From Polyangiales bacterium (GTDB taxonomy: Bacteria; Myxococcota_A; Polyangia; Polyangiales; Ga0077539): a DNA stretch of 64,000 bases. Position numbers and translations under genes: made by a program. This document shows, piece by piece, positions 11,168-21,569 of this stretch (position 1 is the stretch's first letter; each line of letters begins with the position of its first letter). Where the stretch lies: assembly GCA_044229975.1 (NCBI GenBank), contig JBGARZ010000001.1, positions 96,001-160,000 of the forward strand, read 5' to 3'. The notes beneath the pieces were generated by a model. It searched no databases. It worked only from the letters and a program-made list of their open reading frames with translations, and was not told the DNA's origin.

Positions 11168-11710
11168 TCAGTGCACCACGGGGGCCGCGGCCGGGGCCGC
11201 AGCGGGATGAGCAGCAGCGGGCGCCGCGACCGGAGCGGCCGCCGGAATCGGGGCAGGCGCCGCGGCCGGAGCGGGCGGGGGAACCGCGCCGGCCGGAGCG
11301 AGCGCGCCGGGGACGACGGGCACCGCCACGGGAGCGGGCTCCACGACCGCGGGAGCAGGCGCCGGAGGCGGACGCGGAACTTCGCGCTGGAGCAACGTCC
11401 AACCCTGGAGGGCGGCGACGTCGGTCGAGGGCGCCGGGGTGATGGAGCCGGGGCGCTCGCCGCGCGAGACCGTCGCGATGGCGGCGGACAGACCCGACAG
11501 ACGCCGGGCTTCCTCGTCGTGGACGCGCGACGCAGTGGCCACGTACGAGCCCTGCTGCATCATCGCGTCGATCTGCCGGTTGGCGTGGGTCTCGTACTGG
11601 GTGTTGAAGTACGACACGAAGAGCACCCGCAGCGCCACGAGCGTCCCGAGGGACAGCGCGGCGACGGTGAGGATGACCTTGATCGGTGGTTCGGTCTTGT
11701 CGACAGCCAT
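11168..11710 (-). CDS. Hypothetical single-TM protein with Pro/Ala-rich tail, inside the ACIII-oxidase operon
   Basis: N-terminal TM helix ILTVAALSLGTLVALRVLFVSYF; lies between actF and the SCO gene with short spacers. Confidence 0.7.
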   Translation of the reverse strand: MAVDKTEPPIKVILTVAALSLGTLVALRVLFVSYFNTQYETHANRQIDAMMQQGSYVATASRVHDEEARRLSGLSAAIATVSRGERPGSITPAPSTDVAALQGWTLLQREVPRPPPAPAPAVVEPAPVAVPVVPGALAPAGAVPPPAPAAAPAPIPAAAPVAAPAAAHPAAAPAAAPVVH

Positions 11711-11727
11711 GACGCTCTACGTTCCTC

Positions 11728-13125
11728 TCAAGCGTTCTCGAAGCGGGACGAGCGGGCGAAGCGGGGGTCGCCCACCGGCACCACCGGGTGCTGGGTCATG
11801 CGGTAGAACACCGCCGCGAGGAAGGCACCGCCGACGCCGAGCAGGCACGCCGCGTCCATCCAGTGGGGAGCGAGCGCCTCGGGGAGGTGGGGCTCGACGT
11901 GCCGGATCTCGGCGTAGTTGGGCATGATCAGCCAGTACATCTCGACGATGTGCATGACGAAGAGGAGGCCCGCCGCGCCCGCCATCACCGTCTGCCCGAA
12001 GAGGCGCTTGGTGTTGCGCGACAGGAGCAGCAGGAAGGGCACCACGAAGTGCAGGAGCACGATGGCGAGGCTGACCGGCTTCCACGGACCGTCACTCCAC
12101 CGCAGGTGATAGAAGACCGTCTCCTCGGGGATGCTCGCGTACCAGATCAGGAAGAACTGGGAGAAGGACACATACGCCCAGAAGACGTTGAACCCGAAGA
12201 GCAGCTTGCCGAGGTCGTGGAAGTGCTCGGTGGTGATGGTCTTGCCCGAGACGCCGGAGGCCCGCATCGCGTAGCTCATCAACACGAGCATCGACAGGAT
12301 GGCGACCATCGTCGTCGCGAAGATCTGCACGCCGAAGATGGTCGAATACCAGTTGGGGAGCAGGGACATCAGCCAGTCGAAGGCCGCGAAGGTCGTCGTC
12401 AGCGCCAGGCCGAAGATCGACGCGGGCGCCATCGCCTGCGAGCTGTTGGTGAACTTCAGGTCCTTGGTGGCGTCCTGCGAGGTGCTGTTGCGAAACAGCT
12501 TCTGCGACAGGAAGGTCCAGAACACGAAGTAGATCAGCGCGCGGAACCAGAAGAAGTTGTGGCTGAGGTACCAGTTCTTCGAGGCCATGACCTCGGCGTG
12601 GAGCTGGTGCTCGATCTGCGACTGCGAGAGTCGCTGACCGGGCTCGTGGGCCGCGTGCTCGGCGCCGCCGCCGTGACCCTCGTTGGGGGCCGCGTGCTCG
12701 CCGTGACCCGCCGCGGGCGCGTCGTGCTCACCGTGAGCGGAAGGGTTCGCGGGCGCCTCGTGGGCGGCCGGGGCGTGATCCCACCAGGGGAGAACCTTCT
12801 CCAGGTTGGCGGCGATGGGGAGGAAGAGCAGCGCGAAGATGGGCAGCGCGCTCATGAAGAACTCGGCCGTGCGCCGCACCGTGACGCTCCACCCCGCGTT
12901 GACGAGGTGCTGGAGCAGCACGAAGAAGGTCGCCCCGATCGAGAGCGTCAGGAACACGGTGAACGCGAAGAGGTACGAGAACGTGAAGCGCTGCGCGTCC
13001 TGCGCGAAGCCCGCTCCCGCTCCCGCGAGCCCGAGCACTCCGGCTCCCGCGGCGATCTTCCAGGCACTCGCCCACCCCGTCCCGGTGACGCGGTAGTCGT
13101 TCTTGTCTTTCGTTTCGGCGCTCAC
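11728..13125 (-). CDS. actF: Alternative complex III membrane subunit F
   Basis: Polytopic NrfD-like protein: AGWSVTVRR, FAAFDWLMSL.PNWYSTIFG, HFHDLGKLLFGF, FSQFFLIWYASIPEE; GTG start overlaps the actE stop. Confidence 0.88.
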   Translation of the reverse strand: MSAETKDKNDYRVTGTGWASAWKIAAGAGVLGLAGAGAGFAQDAQRFTFSYLFAFTVFLTLSIGATFFVLLQHLVNAGWSVTVRRTAEFFMSALPIFALLFLPIAANLEKVLPWWDHAPAAHEAPANPSAHGEHDAPAAGHGEHAAPNEGHGGGAEHAAHEPGQRLSQSQIEHQLHAEVMASKNWYLSHNFFWFRALIYFVFWTFLSQKLFRNSTSQDATKDLKFTNSSQAMAPASIFGLALTTTFAAFDWLMSLLPNWYSTIFGVQIFATTMVAILSMLVLMSYAMRASGVSGKTITTEHFHDLGKLLFGFNVFWAYVSFSQFFLIWYASIPEETVFYHLRWSDGPWKPVSLAIVLLHFVVPFLLLLSRNTKRLFGQTVMAGAAGLLFVMHIVEMYWLIMPNYAEIRHVEPHLPEALAPHWMDAACLLGVGGAFLAAVFYRMTQHPVVPVGDPRFARSSRFENA

Positions 13126-13793
13126 GGCGTGGCTCCGTTGCTGGTCTGCTGGCTGAGCTGGAGGGCACGCACGTACGCGACGATAGCCCAGCGGTCGGCC
13201 ACCGGGACCTGCGCGGCGTAGCCCGGCATGTTGCGGACGCCGTTGGAGATGGTGGCGAAGAGCTGGCCGTCCGGCACGTGACGGATGCGGTCGTCGTTGA
13301 GGTTGGCCGGCTGCGGGTACTGGTACCGCGGGCCGTCGGGACCCTGGCTGCGCAGCCACACGAGACCGCGGCCGTCTCCTGCTCCGCCGTGACAGGGGGT
13401 GCAGTAGATGCCGTAGCGCTGCTGACCGCGGGTCACCATCGCGGGGAGGCCGCCCGCCGCCTGCGTGACCCGATCGGGGATGGTCATCACATAGGTCGGG
13501 CTGTCGGCCTCGTGACCCTGCGTGACCTCGTCGTCGTCGAAGCCCTCGTCACGTCCGATGCTGCCATGCGCGTACTGCACATTGCCGCCGCCGGGGAAGC
13601 GCGAGACCGTGCCCTCGGGGGGCGTCCGCATCCCGCGGTGGTCGCTGTAGAACTCGCTGCGGGCCTGGGGGTTGACCCGCTGCTGGAAGTGCATGTTTCG
13701 GAGCAGGGTGATGGGGGGGTCGGTGGAGACCTCCCCGCGGCACCCCGCCACGAAGACCGCGAAGCCCGCGGCGATGAAGAGGGAGCGGCTCAC
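13122..13793 (-). CDS. actE: Alternative complex III monohaem cytochrome c lipoprotein subunit E
   Basis: Lipobox FVAGC, MHFQQR, single CTPCH, MPGY and DRWAIVAYVRALQ; GTG start overlaps the actD stop. Confidence 0.9.
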   Translation of the reverse strand: MSRSLFIAAGFAVFVAGCRGEVSTDPPITLLRNMHFQQRVNPQARSEFYSDHRGMRTPPEGTVSRFPGGGNVQYAHGSIGRDEGFDDDEVTQGHEADSPTYVMTIPDRVTQAAGGLPAMVTRGQQRYGIYCTPCHGGAGDGRGLVWLRSQGPDGPRYQYPQPANLNDDRIRHVPDGQLFATISNGVRNMPGYAAQVPVADRWAIVAYVRALQLSQQTSNGATP

Positions 13794-14362
13794 GACGCGT
13801 TGTCCTCGATGATCTCGATGTGGTTGGGGTGCGTGCCTTCGAGCAGCTCGCGGGTGCGGGTCTCGTCGTACTTCGGGTCGGCGACCTCGACGCTCACGAA
13901 GAACTTGTCGTCCGTCGCGGCGCGGAAGCGGTCGCTCTCGAACACCGGGTGGTGGTGCCGCGGGAGCTTGTTGAGTCCGAGCATCCCGAAGACCGAACCG
14001 AGCGCCGAGAAGAGGATGGTGAGCTCGAAGCACACCGGCACGAAGCTCGGGATGGAGATGCCCGGCTTGCCACCCACGATGAGCGGATAGTCGATGCCGT
14101 TCATGTAGAGGATGATCGAGATGCCCGTGCTCAGGCCGCAGAGGGCCATGGTGAACACGATCCATCCGAGCCTGGAGTCGGGCATCCCCATCGCGCGGTC
14201 CATCCCGTGGACCGGAAAGGGGGTGTGCGTGTCGAAGTAGGTGAAGCCCGCGTCGCGCAGCTTCTCCGCGGCCTTAATGCACGCGCCGGGGGTGTCGTAC
14301 TCAGCGAGCACGAGCGTGGGCTTCCCGTCGGGGACGCTCAGGGTGGTGACTTCGACGGTCAT
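13790..14362 (-). CDS. actD: Alternative complex III subunit D (DUF3341 family)
   Basis: DTHTPFPVHGMD, two TM helices, YPLIVGGKP, FELTILF and DDKFF. Confidence 0.9.
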   Translation of the reverse strand: MTVEVTTLSVPDGKPTLVLAEYDTPGACIKAAEKLRDAGFTYFDTHTPFPVHGMDRAMGMPDSRLGWIVFTMALCGLSTGISIILYMNGIDYPLIVGGKPGISIPSFVPVCFELTILFSALGSVFGMLGLNKLPRHHHPVFESDRFRAATDDKFFVSVEVADPKYDETRTRELLEGTHPNHIEIIEDNAS

Positions 14363-14365
14363 GGC

Positions 14366-15799
14366 TCAGTGACCCTCCGCGCTGTGCGCGAGCTCGCCGT
14401 GGGCATCGCCCTCGTGCGCGTGATCGTGGTCGTCGTGGGGCACGCTGGCCGCCGGCAGGACGCTCTTCAACTCGGCGATGGCGATCATCGGGACCCACCG
14501 GAGGAAGAGCAGGAAGAGCGTGAAGAAGAGGCCCAGCGAGCCCATGTAGATCGCGATGTCCACGGGCGTCGGGTGGAAGTAACCCCACGAGCTCGGGATG
14601 AAGTCGCGGTGCAGCGACGTCACGATGATCACGAAGCGCTCGAACCACATGCCGATGTTGATGAAGATCGACACCACGAAGCTGAGCGGGATGTTGGTCC
14701 GCAGGCGCTTCGACCAGAAGAGCTGCGGCGAGATCACGTTGCAGGTGATCATGATCCAGTACGCCCAGGCGTACGGGCCGGTCGCGCGGTTGATGAAGAC
14801 GTACCGCTCGTAGGGGTTCCCCGAGTACCAGGCGATGAAGAACTCCATCGCGTACGCGTAGCCAACGAGCGAACCCGTCGCGAGCATGATCTTGTTCATC
14901 AGCTCGACGTGGGTCATCGTCACAAGGTCGGTGAGCTTGAACACCGAGCGCGCGATGAGGAGGAGGGTCATCACCATCGCGAAGCCGGAGAACACGGCGC
15001 CCGCCACAAAGTAGGGCGGGAAGATGGTGGTGTGCCAGCCGGGCTCGACCGAGGTGGCGAAGTCGAAGGACACCACCGAGTGCACCGAGAGCACGAGCGG
15101 CGTCGAGAGCGCCGCGAGGATCATGTAGGCGCGCTCGTAGTTCTGCCAGTGACGATTGGAGCCGCGCCAGCCGAGGGCGAGGAAGCCATACACCATGCGC
15201 CGGAGCTGGTTCTTCGCGCGGTCGCGGAGCGTCGCGAGGTCGGGGATGAGGCCGACGAACCAGAAGAGCGACGAGACGGTGAAGTAGGTGCCGACGGCGA
15301 AGATGTCCCAGAGCAGCGGGCTCTTGAAGTTGGGCCACATCGACATCTGGTTGGGGATCGGGAACATGTAGTACGCGTGCCAGACGCGACCCACGTGGAT
15401 GCCCGGGAAGATGAGGGCGCAGATGACCGCGAAGATGGTCATCGCCTCGGCGAAGCGGTTGATGCTCGTGCGCCACTTCTGGCGGAAGAGGAAGAGCACC
15501 GCCGAGATGAGCGTGCCGGCGTGGCCGATGCCGACCCACCACACGAAGTTGGTGATGTCCCAGGCCCAGCCGACGGGGGAGTTGTTGCCCCACACACCGA
15601 CGCCGCGCCAGAACAGGTACGCGATCGCCATGCCGAGCAGGCCGGTGAAGGAGACCGCGACGAGGAACGCGACCCACCAGCCCTTGGGGGCAGGGTTCTC
15701 GGTCACGCGGCTGACGGCCTCGGTGATGGACTTGAAGGTGCTCTTCGGGGCGACGAGGTCCTTCTCGCCGATCGCCTTGATGGGTGCGTCGAAGCTCAT
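14366..15799 (-). CDS. actC: Alternative complex III quinol-binding subunit C (NrfD/PsrC family)
   Basis: [52 protein letters not shown] and [10 protein letters not shown]. Confidence 0.95.
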   Translation of the reverse strand: MSFDAPIKAIGEKDLVAPKSTFKSITEAVSRVTENPAPKGWWVAFLVAVSFTGLLGMAIAYLFWRGVGVWGNNSPVGWAWDITNFVWWVGIGHAGTLISAVLFLFRQKWRTSINRFAEAMTIFAVICALIFPGIHVGRVWHAYYMFPIPNQMSMWPNFKSPLLWDIFAVGTYFTVSSLFWFVGLIPDLATLRDRAKNQLRRMVYGFLALGWRGSNRHWQNYERAYMILAALSTPLVLSVHSVVSFDFATSVEPGWHTTIFPPYFVAGAVFSGFAMVMTLLLIARSVFKLTDLVTMTHVELMNKIMLATGSLVGYAYAMEFFIAWYSGNPYERYVFINRATGPYAWAYWIMITCNVISPQLFWSKRLRTNIPLSFVVSIFINIGMWFERFVIIVTSLHRDFIPSSWGYFHPTPVDIAIYMGSLGLFFTLFLLFLRWVPMIAIAELKSVLPAASVPHDDHDHAHEGDAHGELAHSAEGH

Positions 15800-18700
15800 C
15801 CGAGCATCTCCGGGTTCGGATTGCGGATCTTCGCGAGGTACAGGGTGCGCGGCTGCGTGCCGATCTCCCCGAGCAGCGCGTACCGCCGGTCGTTGCGCCG
15901 CATCTGCGAGATGCGGCTCTCAGGATCGTTGAGGTCACCGAAGACGATGCTGTCGGCCGGGCACGCCTGCTGGCACGCGGTCATCAGCTCGCCGTCGCGC
16001 ATCGGGCGGCCCGCGCCGTTGTTGGCCCGGTGCGACTCGATCTTCCGCCCCTGGATGCGCTGCACGCAGTAGGTGCACTTCTCCATCACGCCGCGGAAGC
16101 GAACCGTGACGTTGGGGTTCATCTGCATCCGCACGGTGTCGGGCGTGTCGGGGCTCTCGGGCTGGTAGACGCCGTCGTTGTGCCAGTTGAGGTAGTTGAA
16201 GCGCCGCACCTTGTAGGGGCAGTTGTTGGCGCAGTACCGCGTGCCGATGCAGCGGTTGTAGGCCATCTCGTTCAGCCCTTCGGGGCTGTGCACCGTCGCG
16301 TTGACCGGGCACACGTTCTCGCAGGGAGCCTCTTCACAGTGGACACACGCGAGCGGCTGGAAGGCCACCACCGGGTCGCTCGTCGCGTCGGCGTCGGTGT
16401 CACGTCCCTGCGAGCGCGGGCTCACGAAGTAGCGGTCGACGCGCAGCCAGTGCATCTCGCGACCGCGGGAGACCTGGTCCTTGCCCACCACCGGGATGTT
16501 GTTCTCCGACTGGCAGGCGGCCACGCAGGTGTTGCACCCGGTGCAGCTCGCGAGGTCGATGACCATGCCCCACTTGTGCCCGTGGCTGTAATCCACCTCG
16601 CGCCAGAGCGGCAGCGTGCGCGGCGTGGGCGAGCGGAGTGCCGCGAAGTTGGGCGTCTCCTGGTACTCCGCCAGCGTCGCCTCCAGCGCGATCGGGCGGC
16701 TCTCCATCCGATGGTGGTCCTGCGTCTGCGAGATGGCGTAGGTGCCGCCCGTCTTCGAGACGGCCACGCCGTCGGTAAACCAGAGCGCCGAGGTCGAGCG
16801 CAGCGGGTTCACATCGAAGCCGCGGTGGTTGCCCACGCGCCCGGCAGCGGTGCGACCCCAGCCCAGCGGGAGCCCGACGCTCCAGTCGGCCTGACCCGGA
16901 AACACCCAGGCCACGACCTCGACCGCCCGGTTGCCCTTGGAGAGGCGGATGAGGTCGCCGTTGGCGATACCGAGCGCCGTCGCCGTCGCGGGCGAGATGT
17001 ACGCCGCGTTGTCCCAGACGATCTTGGTGACCGGGTCGGGGAGCTCCTGGAGCCAAGCGTTGTTGGCGTGGCGCCCGTCGGCCATCTTGTTGTCGACGAG
17101 GAAGTTCACCTCGAGGTTGCTCTGCCCGATGGGCGAGCCCGCCTGCCGCGCGCTGATGCGCTGCGCGACCGCGGCGCCCAGGATCGCAGGAACCGTGGGA
17201 GCAGCCGCCCCCTCGGTGAGCACGCCGCGGTTGAGCGCGCGACGCCAGAGGCGGTTGAACACCACCGCCGGCACGGCCGCGCCGCGGTGGGTCTCCTGCA
17301 CGAGGTCGTGACCGCGCTGCGACGGCGCGTTGGCGAGGAGCGCGAGCAGCTCGATGTCCGAGCGGCCCTGGAAGAGCGGCTGGATGAGCGGCTGCTGGAT
17401 CGCCACGGTGCCGTCGAGCGACTGACCGTCGCCCCAGGTCTCGAGTTCGTGGGCGCGCGGACAATGCCAGGTGGCGCGCTCGGCGGTCTCGTCGCGGTGC
17501 GAGGAGAGCACGAAGCTCGTGGGCACGCGGGAGAGCTTCTCACCGAAGGCGAGGTCGCCCGGCGCGTCGTAGACGGGGTTGCCGCCGAGAATCACCAGGG
17601 TCTGCACCTGACCCGCGCCCATCGCCTCGGCGAGAGCGGCGAGGTCGGCGCCGTGCTCGGCCTCGTCGCGATCGGCGGGGGCCACGTAGCGAACGGTCTC
17701 GCCCGCGTTGCCGAGGGCCTGGTTGATCGCGTACGCGAGGGCGTGCACCGCCGGGGGCTGACGCTGACCGACGACCAGCGCCGAGGCGCCGCGGTGGCGC
17801 GCGAGATCGGCGGCGACGGCCTCGATCCACTTCGCGGGGACGCCCTGCGGGGCCTGCGCGTTGCGGACGGCGTTGGAGATCGCGCCGAGGTCGACCTGGT
17901 GCGCGCTCACGAGCCGCCCGGCGAGGGCGTGCAGGTAGAGCTCGACGTCGCGCGCCGGGAGGCGGAGGCGGTGGTCGGCGTTGGCGCCGGTGACCGAGTA
18001 GCTGGGCTCGACCACGTAGAGGCGGTTCATCTCCGCGCTCGGGTTGCGACCCTGCGAGAAGCCGCGCGTCGCGCGCACCGAGCCGCCCTCGGTCTTCAGG
18101 AAGTCGCAATCGAGGGAGACGATGATGCGCGCACGCTCGTAGGCCACGAGCGGGAGCGTCACCTGCCCGAAGGCCAGCCGCGCCCCCTCGCGGGCGTTGC
18201 TGTTGGAGACCGCGCTCCAGGTGTGGAAGCGCGCGTTGGGGAAGCGACGCGCGACGGCCTGCCGCATGCGGACGAAGGTCGGCGAGTTGGTCGGCTGCGC
18301 GAGCACCCGGAGGCCAGATCCACCATTGGCGCTCTGCGCGTCGAGGGCGGCGCGGAGAGCTCCCTCGAAGTCGGCGTAGCGCTTGTTGGTCAGGGCGGCG
18401 TCGACACGCTGCGCAGGCTGACGCGCGCGGTCGGGGTCGTACAGGTCGAGCACCGAGGCCTGGGCGAGCAGGTCGGTCTTGCCGCCGCTCGCGCTGTGGT
18501 CGGGGTTGCCCTCGATCTTGGTGGGGCGGCCCTCGTGGCTCTCGACGAGGAGGCCGAGGGACTCGCCCCGGCAGTCCATGGTCGTGGCGTAGTAGCTGGT
18601 GACGTTGACGGCCACGTCCTCGGGCATGCGCGAGTACGGGACGATCTTGTCGACCGGGCGGCGGCAGCCTTCGAGCGTGCCGAGCGCGACGGCCGCGCCC

Positions 18701-18891
18701 ATGAGGGTCATGAACCCGCGGCGCGACACACCATCCGAGAAGTCGAGCGCGCTTGCGGGAAACTCCGCGGCCAGGTGAGCCCGCGCGGCGGGGTCCTGAT
18801 CCTGCTGGAGGGTGAAGTCATCGAGGCTGGTCCAGTAGACCGCCGCGTCCGGCGCGGGTCCCTCGAACTCGTAAGGCTTGCGACGCGTCAT
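15796..18891 (-). CDS. actB: Alternative complex III subunit B (Tat-exported molybdopterin-oxidoreductase-like domain fused to Fe-S domain)
   Basis: YWTSL, Tat motif [19 protein letters not shown], and Fe-S motifs [37 protein letters not shown] and CTYC...CQQACP; ATG at 18891 overlaps the actA stop. Confidence 0.95.
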   Translation of the reverse strand: MTRRKPYEFEGPAPDAAVYWTSLDDFTLQQDQDPAARAHLAAEFPASALDFSDGVSRRGFMTLMGAAVALGTLEGCRRPVDKIVPYSRMPEDVAVNVTSYYATTMDCRGESLGLLVESHEGRPTKIEGNPDHSASGGKTDLLAQASVLDLYDPDRARQPAQRVDAALTNKRYADFEGALRAALDAQSANGGSGLRVLAQPTNSPTFVRMRQAVARRFPNARFHTWSAVSNSNAREGARLAFGQVTLPLVAYERARIIVSLDCDFLKTEGGSVRATRGFSQGRNPSAEMNRLYVVEPSYSVTGANADHRLRLPARDVELYLHALAGRLVSAHQVDLGAISNAVRNAQAPQGVPAKWIEAVAADLARHRGASALVVGQRQPPAVHALAYAINQALGNAGETVRYVAPADRDEAEHGADLAALAEAMGAGQVQTLVILGGNPVYDAPGDLAFGEKLSRVPTSFVLSSHRDETAERATWHCPRAHELETWGDGQSLDGTVAIQQPLIQPLFQGRSDIELLALLANAPSQRGHDLVQETHRGAAVPAVVFNRLWRRALNRGVLTEGAAAPTVPAILGAAVAQRISARQAGSPIGQSNLEVNFLVDNKMADGRHANNAWLQELPDPVTKIVWDNAAYISPATATALGIANGDLIRLSKGNRAVEVVAWVFPGQADWSVGLPLGWGRTAAGRVGNHRGFDVNPLRSTSALWFTDGVAVSKTGGTYAISQTQDHHRMESRPIALEATLAEYQETPNFAALRSPTPRTLPLWREVDYSHGHKWGMVIDLASCTGCNTCVAACQSENNIPVVGKDQVSRGREMHWLRVDRYFVSPRSQGRDTDADATSDPVVAFQPLACVHCEEAPCENVCPVNATVHSPEGLNEMAYNRCIGTRYCANNCPYKVRRFNYLNWHNDGVYQPESPDTPDTVRMQMNPNVTVRFRGVMEKCTYCVQRIQGRKIESHRANNGAGRPMRDGELMTACQQACPADSIVFGDLNDPESRISQMRRNDRRYALLGEIGTQPRTLYLAKIRNPNPEMLG

Positions 18892-19511
18892 CGGTGGCAC
18901 CCTGAGCAGGTCTGCGGGGGGTTGAGCGTGCGCGGGGGCTGCGCCGTCCCACTCAGACTCGGATTCATGTTCGTGATCTCGGTGAGCGGACGGATGTGCG
19001 GGCCCGGGTTGCGGTGGCACTCGATGCACCAGCCCATGCTCAGCGGCTCGTGCTGGCGCACGACCTCCATCTGATCGATGCGGCCGTGGCACTCGACGCA
19101 GCCGACGCCCGCCGTGACGTGCACGCTGTGATCGAAGTACGCGTGGTCGGGCAGGCGGTGCACGCGCGTCCACTCGATGGCGCGGCCGGTCTCCCAGCTC
19201 TCTCGCACCGGGGCGAGACGCGCGGAGGTGGTGCGCACCAGCGAGTGGCAGTTCATGCAGGTCTGCGTCGGCGGAATCATCGCGTGCGCGGCGCGCTCGA
19301 TGTTCGCGTGGCAGTAGCGGCAGTCCATGCCCATCTGCCCGGCGTGCAGCAGGTGGCTGTACGGCACGGGCTGGTGCGGCTGGTAACCGACCTGCGTGTT
19401 GCGCGGTGAGAAGTAGTACCAGACCAACCCCGTCACGACGCCGCCCAGGAGGGCCACGGTGACGGCCACGATGGCCGGCAGACGGTTGAGAGAGCGGGGG
19501 AAGATCTGCAT
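18888..19511 (-). CDS. actA: Alternative complex III pentahaem cytochrome c subunit A
   Basis: N-terminal TM helix, QPVPYSHLLHAG and five CxxCH motifs (CRYCH, CMNCH, CVECH, CIECH, CSGCH). Confidence 0.95.
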   Translation of the reverse strand: MQIFPRSLNRLPAIVAVTVALLGGVVTGLVWYYFSPRNTQVGYQPHQPVPYSHLLHAGQMGMDCRYCHANIERAAHAMIPPTQTCMNCHSLVRTTSARLAPVRESWETGRAIEWTRVHRLPDHAYFDHSVHVTAGVGCVECHGRIDQMEVVRQHEPLSMGWCIECHRNPGPHIRPLTEITNMNPSLSGTAQPPRTLNPPQTCSGCHR

Positions 19512-19599
19512 CGGAGGTTCGTCTTCGGTCTGCTGGCCGGGCGCGGTACGCACCCGCCGGTTCTCCCGCCCTGCGACCGGGCGTCGCAGGACCGCGGTG

Positions 19600-19632
19600 C
19601 CGCTAGCACCATATTCGCGGCAACCCTGTCAA
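19600..19632 (-). promoter_or_regulatory. Possible sigma70-type promoter for the act-cta operon
   Basis: Perfect TTGACA on the minus strand at 19632-19627, about 115 bp upstream of actA; the -10 element is poorly defined. Confidence 0.3.
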
Positions 19633-19896
19633 GAGGCTGTGCGTCTCCGCGGGGCTCTCGCCGTGGTGGTTTCGCGGAACCACCGACGGCACCGAGGCCG
19701 TTTCGATCGCGGGCGGGGAAGCTAACAGAGTCCCCCCGGCACCGCGCGAGGAATCGACAGCACAGGGCGGTACCCCGGCGCTGCCTCGCGTCGCGATATG
19801 AAGTACCGACCTCCGCGCGCGACAAGACCCGTCGGCATGTGACCTGCGCGCGGTCGGAGTAGCGACGGGTTCTGTGGTAGCCCATCGACCTCCTCC

Positions 19897-20799
19897 ATGA
19901 GCCAATCGTTCATCCCCTCCCCGGCCGAGCTGTCTCCCCTCGAGATCGACCGCGTGGTCGAGCTGTGCCTCGCCGAAGACCTCTCCTCGGGCGACGTCAC
20001 CACACGCACGGTGGTCCCCCCCGATGCGCTCGCACGAGGCGTGTTTTCCGCGCGAGAGCCGATGGTGCTCGCGGGCCTCGCCGTCGCCGCGCGTGTGTTC
20101 GCTCGCCTCGACCCGCGGGTCTCCTTCGCGGCCCTTCTCGTCGACGGTGCGAATCTCGCCAAGGGCGACGTCGTCGCCACCATCGAGGGCCCCGCGCACG
20201 CCGTCCTCACCGGCGAGCGCAGCGCGCTCAACCTCCTCCAGCGCATGTCGGGCGTCGCGACGCTCACCCGCCGCTTCGTCGACGCGCTCCCCGAGGGCTG
20301 CGGCGCCCGCATCGCCGACACCCGCAAGACCAACCCTGGCATGCGCGCCTTCGACCGCTACGCGGTGCGCGCGGGCGGCGGGCACAACCACCGCAACGAC
20401 CTCTCCTCGGCGGTGCTCATCAAGGACAACCACATCGCCGTCTGCGGCGGCGTACGGGCGGCCATCGAGCGGGCCCGCGCCCGGGCGCCGCACACCATGC
20501 GCATCGAGTGCGAGGTGCAGTCGTTGGCCCAGCTCGACGAGGCGCTCGCCGCGGGCGTCGACGTCCTGATGCTCGACAACTTCACCGACGCCCAGACCGT
20601 CGAGGCCCTCGACCGTCTGCTCAGCGTGGGGCGCCGTCCCATCGTCGAAGTGTCCGGCGGCATCACGCTGGAGCGTGCTCCCGTGCTCGGCGCGCTGGGT
20701 GTCGACGTGCTCTCGGTGGGCGCCCTCACCCATGGCGCGCGCGCCGTCGACATCGGGCTCGACCTCGAGGTCACCGGCTCGTGGAGTCCGACCGCGTAG
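19897..20799 (+). CDS. nadC: Nicotinate-nucleotide pyrophosphorylase (carboxylating), quinolinate phosphoribosyltransferase
   Basis: AEDLSSGDVTT, ERSALN, DTRKT, HRNDLS.AVLIKDNH, MLDNF, EVSGGI and SVGALTH. Confidence 0.97.
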   Translation: MSQSFIPSPAELSPLEIDRVVELCLAEDLSSGDVTTRTVVPPDALARGVFSAREPMVLAGLAVAARVFARLDPRVSFAALLVDGANLAKGDVVATIEGPAHAVLTGERSALNLLQRMSGVATLTRRFVDALPEGCGARIADTRKTNPGMRAFDRYAVRAGGGHNHRNDLSSAVLIKDNHIAVCGGVRAAIERARARAPHTMRIECEVQSLAQLDEALAAGVDVLMLDNFTDAQTVEALDRLLSVGRRPIVEVSGGITLERAPVLGALGVDVLSVGALTHGARAVDIGLDLEVTGSWSPTA

Positions 20800-20804
20800 T
20801 CGCG

Positions 20805-21560
20805 ATGGATGACCTCCACGGCTTCGCCGTGCCCGCCGGCTGTCGACTCGGTCGGCCGCTCATCGTGAAGGCGGTCACCGGGTCGACCAACGACGACGCT
20901 CGCGCGCTCGCGGCGACGGGAGCAGGTCACGGGACTGCGGTGCTCGCCGATCAGCAGACCGCAGGGCGCGGTCGACTGGGGCGCGCGTGGTCGTCGCCCG
21001 CGGGGGACAACCTCTACCTGTCCATCATCTGGCGCGCGGGGCTTGCGGACGTGATCCCTCCCACCATGACGCTCGCCGCGGGCGTGGCCGTGTCCGAAGC
21101 GCTCGATCGCTTCACGCCGACCCCGACGCGCGTGAAGTGGCCCAACGACGTTCGGCACCAGGGGAAGAAGCTCGCGGGGGTGCTGACCGAGGCGATGTTT
21201 CGCGGAGCGCAGCCGACGGCCGTGGTGCTGGGCGTCGGGGTCAACGTGCGCGGACGGTCCGTCGCGCCGGAGCTCGTCGACATCGCCACCTCGCTCCGCA
21301 TGGTGCGCGGTGACGACCTCTCTCGCGCGGAGGTCCTGGGTGCGCTGCTGTCGAGCCTCGACGAGACCCTCTCGGCGTTGCTGAGCGGAGGCTTCGCCGT
21401 CATCCGACCGAGGCTGCTCGCGCGCTGCGAGACCCTCGGCGCCCGCGTCTCCGTGGGTGGCATCACGGGCGTGGCCACGGACATCGACGACGACGGCGCG
21501 CTGCTCCTTCGCGACGACGAAGCAACCGTCCACGCCGTGCGCTCGGGCGAGGTTCGGTAG
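20805..21560 (+). CDS. birA: Biotin--[acetyl-CoA-carboxylase] ligase (no N-terminal HTH)
   Basis: STND, QTAGRGRLGRAW, KWPND, KKLAGVLTE, GVGVN and SGEV C-terminus. Confidence 0.95.
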   Translation: MDDLHGFAVPAGCRLGRPLIVKAVTGSTNDDARALAATGAGHGTAVLADQQTAGRGRLGRAWSSPAGDNLYLSIIWRAGLADVIPPTMTLAAGVAVSEALDRFTPTPTRVKWPNDVRHQGKKLAGVLTEAMFRGAQPTAVVLGVGVNVRGRSVAPELVDIATSLRMVRGDDLSRAEVLGALLSSLDETLSALLSGGFAVIRPRLLARCETLGARVSVGGITGVATDIDDDGALLLRDDEATVHAVRSGEVR

Positions 21561-21569
21561 CGCGGCCCT

